This document shows positions 58,006-64,000 of a DNA stretch of 64,000 nt, piece after piece (the stretch's first letter is position 1; every line of letters starts with the position of its first letter). The stretch lies in the NCBI GenBank assembly GCA_017609985.1, contig JAFCCW010000004.1, forward strand, positions 15,899 through 79,898, given 5' to 3'. The notes under the pieces are model-generated. The model saw nothing but the letters and a program-made list of their open reading frames with translations. It was not told where the DNA came from and made no database searches. Source of the stretch: Candidatus Iainarchaeum sp. GTDB lineage: Archaea > Iainarchaeota > Iainarchaeia > Iainarchaeales > JAFCCW01. Both the position numbers and the translations under genes were made by a program.

Positions 58006-58317
58006 TCACTTCTTTTCATTCACTGATTTAATTTTTCCATTCAAGTTCTGTTCCTTGTCCCTGCGTTCATCCACTTTCAAAAAAGTCACAAGCCTCATAG
58101 CCCCTTCTTCCAGCACGGCTTTATGCACTGCCTGCATTCCCCTGCAAGCTTCTTCAATATTCTTTGCCTCAAATTCAGTAGCCATTGCCCTGTTCTTTGC
58201 AATGAAACCTTCTTTCTCAAGTGCATTTACTGCCTTTACCACATACCTGCTAACACTCGCAGTTTTTGTCCCAACCGGAACCACACTCAGTTCACAAACA
58301 ATCATTGTGTTACGCAC
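58006..58317 (-). CDS. MTH1187/YkoF-family (thiamine-binding-like) small protein
   Basis: MIVCELSVVPVGTKTASVSRYVVKAVNALEKEG, ferredoxin-like fold signature of the family. Confidence 0.65.
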   Translation of the reverse strand: MRNTMIVCELSVVPVGTKTASVSRYVVKAVNALEKEGFIAKNRAMATEFEAKNIEEACRGMQAVHKAVLEEGAMRLVTFLKVDERRDKEQNLNGKIKSVNEKK

Positions 58318-58318
58318 C

Positions 58319-58663
58319 TTACAGTTTTTCTATTTCTCTGTCAACAGCTCTGACCCAAGCATGCACAATTTTTGTAATCCTTGCTTTCAAATCTTTTTTA
58401 TTCTCTACTTCATAAAAAAAAACATAACCGCCTTTTTGTAAATTGCGCTGAATTCTTCTAACAAGGTTTTTTTCCAGAAGAGTCTTTATTGCTTTTTGCA
58501 CAGTAGTTCTTTCAAGTTCCATTTTTTCAGCTATTCGAATTACTGTTATTGGACTCTTGTTTTTAATCATAAAAAACAAAACATTGTATTCTGTTTTATT
58601 AATTTCAAAAGAACATCTGATTAATTCATCTGGCTTTATTTTTTTGCAGGCAAATGTAATCAT
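58319..58663 (-). CDS. winged helix-turn-helix transcriptional regulator (MarR/TrmB-like)
   Basis: LTKTEYNVLFFMIKN...ITVIRIAEKMELERTTVQKAIKTLLEKNLV. Confidence 0.55.
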   Translation of the reverse strand: MITFACKKIKPDELIRCSFEINKTEYNVLFFMIKNKSPITVIRIAEKMELERTTVQKAIKTLLEKNLVRRIQRNLQKGGYVFFYEVENKKDLKARITKIVHAWVRAVDREIEKL

Positions 58664-58665
58664 CT

Positions 58666-59076
58666 TCAGTTTTCCTCCTTGATTTTAAGCAAATCAAACA
58701 CAATACATAAACCATGTGCTGTTTTAATATTGTTTCGTTTGCACAGGCTTATTGCCTTTTCTGATTCAGAGCCTGGCTGCATCCAGATATTTTTTATCCC
58801 AAGCTCAATGCACTGCGTTACAATCTGTTCAGTAATTTTTGGAGAAACAACAGTTATTACTGTGTCCGGCTTGTGCGGAGTTGATTTCAATTCAGGATAA
58901 CAGGGCTTGTTTCCAATTTGATTGTGTTTAGGGTTTATTGGAACAGCGTTAATTCCCGCACCCAACAGCGCCTCATATATTTTTCTGCCCCACTTCTCTG
59001 GCTTCTGTGAAACACCAACAACAGCAACATAATTGCCTTTCCTAAAAAATTCTTCAGGATTCATTTTTGTTTCCAA
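58666..59076 (-). CDS. CoA-binding domain protein (YccU/YneT-like Rossmann)
   Basis: VAVVGVSQKPEKWGRKIYEALLGAGINAVPINPK and a WMQPG motif. Confidence 0.7.
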   Translation of the reverse strand: METKMNPEEFFRKGNYVAVVGVSQKPEKWGRKIYEALLGAGINAVPINPKHNQIGNKPCYPELKSTPHKPDTVITVVSPKITEQIVTQCIELGIKNIWMQPGSESEKAISLCKRNNIKTAHGLCIVFDLLKIKEEN

Positions 59077-59386
59077 AAATCTTGCGTATCAAAGATTTTT
59101 TAATCCCAAGCGCTTTCTCCAGCTTGTTTATAAGAGCTCCCTCTTCAGGGGTTCCAACAAACCTAAACAGCTGGTTTTCATCACCATCAACACAAACAAT
59201 TGTGGGGTAAGCACTTATCCCAAATTTGCCTGAAAGCTCTTTTGCCTCTGGAGTTTTTGCCCTGACCTTCCTGTATTCAAGACCATGGCTTTCATGGCTG
59301 AGGGCAACTTTTTTTGCAAGCGATGCTGCCTTTGGGCAGTGAGGGCAACCTGATGAAACAAAAACAAGCAATTCCATGGCTATCAA
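59054..59386 (-). CDS. thioredoxin-fold protein (CPHC active site)
   Basis: VFVSSGCPHCPKA, cis-Pro region YPTIV. Confidence 0.7.
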   Translation of the reverse strand: MIAMELLVFVSSGCPHCPKAASLAKKVALSHESHGLEYRKVRAKTPEAKELSGKFGISAYPTIVCVDGDENQLFRFVGTPEEGALINKLEKALGIKKSLIRKIFGNKNES

Positions 59387-59387
59387 T

Positions 59388-59672
59388 TCACACTTTTACA
59401 AATAGCCTGCAATGGCACTGTCCGTCCTTTTCAATTTCTTCTTCATGATAAACACAAGGGCAAATTATTTTTTTGTCCTCTTCTTTGTCTCCTGTAACAC
59501 GCCTGCAAGGGCAGTATTGTTCTCCATGTTTTTCTTCATTCAACAGAAGCCCTTTTATTATGCCGTCTGCTATTTTCCTGTCAGGGTTAATTTTTATCCC
59601 AGTTTCTTCAGCAAATTTTTCTGATTTTTCCCGTACTTCAACCATTTTTTTTTCAAGTTCTTTTTCTTCCAT
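59388..59672 (-). CDS. ferredoxin:thioredoxin reductase catalytic-subunit-like protein (FTR-like)
   Basis: CPC...CPC...CHC triad (YCPCRRV, ICPCVYH, CHCRLF). Confidence 0.7.
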   Translation of the reverse strand: MEEKELEKKMVEVREKSEKFAEETGIKINPDRKIADGIIKGLLLNEEKHGEQYCPCRRVTGDKEEDKKIICPCVYHEEEIEKDGQCHCRLFVKV

Positions 59673-59851
59673 TAATTTCCCCCCATTTCAATTGCATTGT
59701 TTGGGCAGGCCCTGATACAGGCACCACATTTCCTGCAGTTTTCCGGATGAACAACAACTGCCTTGCCATTTATTAGCTCAAGCACGCCAAAAGGGCAGGC
59801 TTTCACGCAAACACCACAGCCTTCACATTTTCCCTCAATTATTTTTACCAT
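59672..59851 (-). CDS. 2x[4Fe-4S] ferredoxin (59 aa)
   Basis: Manual translation MVKIIEGKCEGCGVCVKACPFGVLELINGKAVVVHPENCRKCGACIRACPNNAIEMGGN. Its stop overlaps the FTR start (TAATG). Confidence 0.75.
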   Translation of the reverse strand: MVKIIEGKCEGCGVCVKACPFGVLELINGKAVVVHPENCRKCGACIRACPNNAIEMGGN

Positions 59852-60846
59852 TAATCCGCCTCCTCAATGCAAATCTCTTTTCTTTTAATTGCTCTGATTG
59901 TTTTAATCACTAAAAGCAATACAACCAAATTTAGAAATAAGAATATTCCCCACGAAGCTATTTTAAAAAATTCCAGTTTTGTTTCATGGTACATTAAGAA
60001 TGTTCCAATAGCAAGTGCGTCTATTGGGAATGAATAAGCCCACCAGGACAGGTAAAACTTAATCTTGGAGAACAGTTTATACTGAAACAAAATTAGAATA
60101 AACAGAAATAACCCAAAATAATAAAGCAAATTGCCAATCGGGGTAAGTCCGCCTAGCAATTTTGTCAGGGCAATAAATCCAATTACAGGCGGCGCGAACA
60201 GAATAAAAAAGGTCGGAATCAATTTATCATCTATGGCTTGGTGAAATATTACCCTGTGCATAACCAAAGTAAACAAGATAAGCCACCAGAAAATTCCAAT
60301 GCTAAAAAAGAACCAGGATAACTCCGGAGAGAAATGTTTTATTCCCGCAATAGGAATTAATATGCTTCCAACAACAGGAATAAACCAGGATGGATTAATA
60401 TGGCGTATTTCAAATTTATCATGTTTAATCCAGGAAGACATTATTATGATTGTAAAAATAAACTGGATTGTGACTCCCATCCACCAAGCATATTTTGATA
60501 TTGTGAGATTTAAACCCAGATAGATAATGCTGACAATCAAAAACAATTTTGCAATTATTGGGTAAAAATTGAGCTTAATCGGATGGTTAAACTCTTTCTT
60601 GACTTCCAGAGGATACTTAGCTAATTTCAAAAGATAAATTATAAAAATAACCAATATTACGATTATTGAAAAATACAGCAAATAACCGCTAACCATAAAA
60701 GGCAATTCCAGTATCTGCTCTGCTTTCTGCCATGCAAGAGTAAAACCAATTAAACCCAAGGCAATAGCCAAAAAAGATATTGGAAAATTTCTTAGCCGAC
60801 TAAGGTCTACAAATTTACCTGCTTTTTTCAGTTTAGTTTTTATCAT
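59851..60846 (-). CDS. TDT/TehA/SLAC1-family anion (C4-dicarboxylate / tellurite-resistance type) transporter
   Basis: About 10 TM helices with the family N-terminus FPISFLAIALGLIGFTLAW. Confidence 0.7.
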   Translation of the reverse strand: MIKTKLKKAGKFVDLSRLRNFPISFLAIALGLIGFTLAWQKAEQILELPFMVSGYLLYFSIIVILVIFIIYLLKLAKYPLEVKKEFNHPIKLNFYPIIAKLFLIVSIIYLGLNLTISKYAWWMGVTIQFIFTIIIMSSWIKHDKFEIRHINPSWFIPVVGSILIPIAGIKHFSPELSWFFFSIGIFWWLILFTLVMHRVIFHQAIDDKLIPTFFILFAPPVIGFIALTKLLGGLTPIGNLLYYFGLFLFILILFQYKLFSKIKFYLSWWAYSFPIDALAIGTFLMYHETKLEFFKIASWGIFLFLNLVVLLLVIKTIRAIKRKEICIEEAD

Positions 60847-60915
60847 TTTATTCCCTTCATCCTGCTCTTACCTGCATAAATATCTTGTCCTGCTTTTCCA
60901 CACCACAACGCATAT

Positions 60916-61710
60916 TTATATTCCCTCTGCCTTCAAGAATGGGCACTTGTTTTCTTTTGCCTTTCCATCAAGCACAGCGCGGATAAATTCATTGCAAGAA
61001 GCAAACCCGCATTTTCCGCAATTTCTATTGGGGATTCTTGCCTTCAGGCTTTTGCCAAGCTTGTATCTCTTCAGTGTCTCATCAGAATCAACTGTTTTGT
61101 TTCCATAACAATAACCGCAAACAGCAGTAGGCATTGCGTGCTTTAAAGTAATCTTTCCTCTGATCTCTGGGCTGTTTCTGATTGCCTCGGCGATGTCAAT
61201 TGCGCCCTCGCCTGTCAAACCATTTGACTCAACAAGCAATGTTCCTTTTTCAGTCACCTTAACAACTTCTGACCTGAAAATTTCCCTCTCAGCCTGAGAA
61301 ATTAAATCCCCCTTGGTTAAAGCAACAACATCAGCCTGTGTCAGCAAAGGCCCATAGCTCGATGGTTTTCCGGATAAAATGTTTAACACGTTTATTGCAA
61401 GACCTTCATGTATGTACGGAGAGCACCTTAAGCACAAGCCAGCTGTTTCAAGCAGGATAAGGTCTTTGTCTTTGTTACTTTCAATGATTTTTGGAATTTC
61501 AAGCGCAGCATAATGGTCTGGGCAAACATCTCCTGAAATCTTTTTTTCAGTGCTTATCCCAAACTTTTCTTTTATCAATATATGGTCTTCAGTGTTCAGA
61601 ACATCAAATTTGACATAATGAATATTCAAATCTTTAAGTTCCTGAATAATAAACTTTATTGCACTAGTTTTTCCGCTTCCGGGCGTACCGCCAACAATAA
61701 CAAGTTTCAT
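60916..61710 (-). CDS. divergent HypB/UreG-family (G3E) P-loop NTPase with C-terminal Cys-rich extension
   Basis: Collinear with HypB: GTPGSGKTSA (P-loop), GDVCPDHYAAL (cf. CHLDA metal site), LLETAGLCLRCSPY (cf. ENVGNLVCP), TKGDL (cf. NKxD), SNGLTGEGAIDI (cf. SAKTGEG). Extra tail CGYCYGNK...CGKCGFASCNEF...CPF. Confidence 0.6.
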   Translation of the reverse strand: MKLVIVGGTPGSGKTSAIKFIIQELKDLNIHYVKFDVLNTEDHILIKEKFGISTEKKISGDVCPDHYAALEIPKIIESNKDKDLILLETAGLCLRCSPYIHEGLAINVLNILSGKPSSYGPLLTQADVVALTKGDLISQAEREIFRSEVVKVTEKGTLLVESNGLTGEGAIDIAEAIRNSPEIRGKITLKHAMPTAVCGYCYGNKTVDSDETLKRYKLGKSLKARIPNRNCGKCGFASCNEFIRAVLDGKAKENKCPFLKAEGI

Positions 61711-61713
61711 ATC

Positions 61714-62517
61714 CTATGCCTCCATTGGTGTGCAGATAAGCTTTAATTCTTCAATCTGCTTTCCTTTCCTTACTTCTTCCCTTACATCAAGAATGTAATT
61801 ATTAATCCAGGAAAGATAGTTTGCAATGCCTCTTTCTTTTATAGAAGTATAAATTATGTTCTTTATCGCGCCTGACTTCATCACAAGCCTTTTGTCAGTA
61901 TCCAAAGCAAGAATAGGGTCATGAGTAACCAAAAAAATAATTTTGCCTTTTTTTATCAGCAAGTCAAGCGCGCTCTTAATTCTTATGCCTGCATTTTCTA
62001 TTTCATCAATCAAAATAATGGGGGACTCGCTGACATGGGCAAGATCAGAAATCATTAAAGCCCTTGACTGCCCGCCAGACAATATAAGCAAGTTCATTCC
62101 CTTATCAATTTTTTCACCAGTAATAGTGTTAGCATCATCTATTATTTTATCAATAAGCTGCTCTGTGCTCTTTTTTGACCTGTGTTTTCCCCTTGTTTTA
62201 ATATGGGATTCAAGAAAATCCTTCACACTAGAATCAGTCATAAAATTCATGTGCTGAGTAAGATATCCAATTATTTTCTGGGACGGGTCAATCTTAAAAT
62301 TTTTTCCAACAGGTTTTCCATTAATTAAAATCTTTCTTCCTGTTTTTGTTTCCCCTGACGCGATTTTTTCAATATCATACAATAGCTGACTCTTTCCGGA
62401 GCCGGTTGGTCCGACAATTCCTGTTTTCTGCCCGGCAAAAATGTCAATGCTTCCAAATTTCTCCTTGCTTCCATTTTTTCCTTTTCCTGCCAGAATAGAA
62501 AGCTTATCAATTTTCAT
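61714..62517 (-). CDS. ABC-transporter ATP-binding protein (no permease gene adjacent)
   Basis: Walker A GPTGSGKS, Q-loop, signature LSGGQ, Walker B ILIDE, H-loop THD. Confidence 0.8.
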   Translation of the reverse strand: MKIDKLSILAGKGKNGSKEKFGSIDIFAGQKTGIVGPTGSGKSQLLYDIEKIASGETKTGRKILINGKPVGKNFKIDPSQKIIGYLTQHMNFMTDSSVKDFLESHIKTRGKHRSKKSTEQLIDKIIDDANTITGEKIDKGMNLLILSGGQSRALMISDLAHVSESPIILIDEIENAGIRIKSALDLLIKKGKIIFLVTHDPILALDTDKRLVMKSGAIKNIIYTSIKERGIANYLSWINNYILDVREEVRKGKQIEELKLICTPMEA

Positions 62518-62597
62518 AAAATCACCGTCCTACAATTAATCCCTTAATCCCCAATTTATGTCTAATACGGGCTGATACTGTATCTTCTGTTTTGCAT

Positions 62598-62999
62598 CTA
62601 TTGCAGGTTCTTGTCCAGCCACTGTTTAACCGCCGGCTCGGGCAATGCTCCTACAAATTCGTCAACAACCTGGCCATTCTTGAACATTTTTACTGCTGGG
62701 ATTCCTGAAATTCCGTGCCTGCTGCTTGTAACCGGGTTTTCATCAACGTTAAGTTTTGCCAGAACAAACTTTCCCTGAAATTCTTTTGCGAACTTTTCAA
62801 GGCTTGGCCCAAGCATTAAACAAGGAGTGCACCAGGTAGCCCAAAAATCAACAGCGACAGGCACTGTTTTTGATTTTTCCAATACCTCTTCTTCAAAATT
62901 GCTGTCATTAACTTGAATTTCTGTTTTAATCCTGCTTGTTTCAAGTTTTTTTTTCATTTCTTTCAGTTTTTTTTCTTTGATATCCTCAGCTTCGTTCAT
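62598..62999 (-). CDS. trxA: thioredoxin (WCTPC active site)
   Basis: VAVDFWATWCTPCLMLGP...KLNVDENP...GISGIPAVKMF. Confidence 0.85.
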   Translation of the reverse strand: MNEAEDIKEKKLKEMKKKLETSRIKTEIQVNDSNFEEEVLEKSKTVPVAVDFWATWCTPCLMLGPSLEKFAKEFQGKFVLAKLNVDENPVTSSRHGISGIPAVKMFKNGQVVDEFVGALPEPAVKQWLDKNLQ

Positions 63000-63076
63000 A
63001 AAATCACTCCTCAGTAGTGATTAATTACGCCACTACCTGGTTAAATAGATTTCTAACTTGTGGCTTGCAAGCATGC

Positions 63077-63104
63077 AAAAAATCACACCCGTTTGTGATT
63101 TTTT
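63077..63104. promoter_or_regulatory. 11-bp inverted repeat AAAAAATCACA-N6-TGTGATTTTTT upstream of trxA
   Basis: Read directly. Core TCACA-N6-TGTGA. It lies 80-105 nt upstream of the trxA ATG at 62999 and about 100 nt downstream of the small ORF 63206..63382. Confidence 0.35.
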
Positions 63105-63134
63105 TACCCCTACTCAAGTTTCTGTGTTCAAATA

Positions 63135-63161
63135 GGATTTGTGAAGAAGGATTTGTGAAGA
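63135..63161. repeat. tandem direct repeat (A)GGATTTGTGAAGA x2 plus a partial third copy
   Basis: Read directly at 63135-63147 and 63148-63161, followed by TTTGTA. Confidence 0.4.
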
Positions 63162-63205
63162 TTTGTACTTTTGCAAAAACAAGAAGTTTATACTAAAATG
63201 CAATG

Positions 63206-63382
63206 TCAGTCAATTGTTTCAATAGTAAATTTTACTTTTTTTCTCATGCCAATCTCAGGCACAAACAAGGAAAGAAAATCACCAATATCCGCCCCATCAC
63301 CCTCACACCCAAGATGATTAAAGTCTTTATTGCCCATTTTCTCAATCCTGTTGAACAAATAACCTGTTGTTGTTTTTTTCAT
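63206..63382 (-). CDS. hypothetical small protein (58 aa)
   Basis: Manual translation MKKTTTGYLFNRIEKMGNKDFNHLGCEGDGADIGDFLSLFVPEIGMRKKVKFTIETID. No motif recognised. Below the ORF-track cutoff. Confidence 0.3.
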   Translation of the reverse strand: MKKTTTGYLFNRIEKMGNKDFNHLGCEGDGADIGDFLSLFVPEIGMRKKVKFTIETID

Positions 63383-63467
63383 CCCAACACCTCAACTAAT
63401 AACTGTATCTAAAGATTATATAAAATAAGTTGTAATAGTTTTTTTTAGTTTTTTTTCCAAACAGGAG

Positions 63468-64000
63468 TCAGGTACAGAAATTTTCAATACGCATTTGACT
63501 TTCCCTGTCCAGCTGAACAAACGGCAATGCCTGTTTCACAATCACTCCGCAGGCCTTCAATTGTCTTGTCTCTTTTATCCTGCTCTGCTCTCTTGCTTTC
63601 ATAAGCCTGTCAGCTCCAACAGGACCTATACCCGGAACTCTCAACAACTCTTCTCTTCCTGCACTGTTCACATCCACTGGAAACTTTTCCGGCATTCCAC
63701 TTGCCACTGCTATTTTCACATCTCTCTGAAGCGAAAGATTTCCTTTTTCATTCAAAGCATTCTTCACTTCCTTTAATTCAAATCCATAAACCCTCATTAA
63801 CCAGTCTGACTGGTAAAGCCTGTGTTCTCTTATTTTCCTTTCGCCTTCCATTTCTTCCAGCGCGGTTCCCTTTACCGGCTCAAAAGCAGAAAAATAAGTT
63901 CTCCACAGCTGCGTCTTGCCATATAACTCACTCATCTTTCCAAGTATCTCCAAATCGCTTTCTCCTCCTGCTCCAAGAATAAACTGGGTTGTAAAACTTT
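63468..64000 (-). CDS. helix-hairpin-helix DNA-binding C-terminal region of a larger protein (partial; likely continues past window end), possibly the C-terminus of a DNA modification/repair radical-SAM-type protein
   Basis: HhH motif VDVNSAGREELLRVPGIGPVGADRLMKAR. The ORF-track start is a TTG, and the reading frame stays open to position 64000 (..SFTTQFILGAGGESDLEIL..). Confidence 0.45.
   Translation of the reverse strand, partial: SFTTQFILGAGGESDLEILGKMSELYGKTQLWRTYFSAFEPVKGTALEEMEGERKIREHRLYQSDWLMRVYGFELKEVKNALNEKGNLSLQRDVKIAVASGMPEKFPVDVNSAGREELLRVPGIGPVGADRLMKAREQSRIKETRQLKACGVIVKQALPFVQLDRESQMRIENFCT

Noticed and set aside
63468-63953. ORF-track start codon (Met) for the HhH ORF
   Set aside because: The start codon is TTG and the frame stays open upstream to the window edge. 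I treat it as an internal fragment of a longer gene, not a 161-aa protein.

Overview
This is an AT-rich archaeal chromosomal window, and I could not find a novel system in it. The ORFs that look novel are mostly antisense low-complexity artefacts; the best candidate is a metal/metallocluster gene cluster (COG1149 ATPases, NifX-like domains, metal transporters). Coding density is high and almost everything is on the minus strand. Many ribosomal proteins carry lineage-specific K/E-rich extensions, which suggests a small-genome lineage such as a DPANN-type archaeon; this is inference and no taxonomic search was done.

Positions 1-23,300 hold the canonical archaeal ribosomal-protein superoperon, read on the minus strand. 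The order is uL3-uL4-uL23-uL2-uS19-uL22-uS3-uL29-SUI1-Rpp29-uS17-uL14-uL24-eS4-uL5-uS14-uS8-uL6-eL32-eL19-uL18-uS5-uL30-uL15-SecY-DUF106-eL34-Cmk-eL14-uS13-uS4-uS11-RpoD-tRNA-Leu(UAA, with intron)-eL18-uL13-uS9-RpoN-uS2. No adenylate kinase gene lies between secY and the DUF106 gene.

Positions 23.4-28.6 kb contain a large sequon-rich surface protein, the tRNA ligase RtcB with its activator archease, RpiB and a Cys-rich exported repeat protein.

Positions 28.7-42.0 kb hold the second canonical cluster: uS10, EF-1alpha, EF-2, uS7, uS12, NusA, eL30, RpoA'', RpoA', RpoB', RpoB'' and RpoH.

The right third is accessory-like:
- MscS channel, two SAM methyltransferases, a Pat-like ACS(ADP-forming)-GNAT fusion, tRNA-Asp, and the serA-serC-serB operon.
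- A dense metal/metallocluster neighbourhood, 51-57.4 kb. It contains a ZIP transporter, two MinD-type ATPases with ferredoxin inserts (COG1149), three NifX-like (COG1433) domains of which one is fused to a CDF transporter, an AhpD-like protein, a DUF5320-type Gly/Arg-rich protein, a small Cys-rich protein, and an ArsR regulator with a palindromic operator.
- A ferredoxin / ferredoxin:thioredoxin-reductase / thioredoxin / CoA-binding protein operon.
- A divergent HypB/UreG-family (G3E) GTPase with a Cys-rich tail, next to an orphan ABC ATPase and a thioredoxin.

One notable repeat: a ~150-bp, near-identical DNA segment encodes the K/E-rich C-terminal tails of both uS4 and uS3.

No rRNA, CRISPR array or recognisable mobile element was seen. 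All functional calls come from reading the translated ORFs for family-diagnostic motifs. No database search or HMM scan was run.
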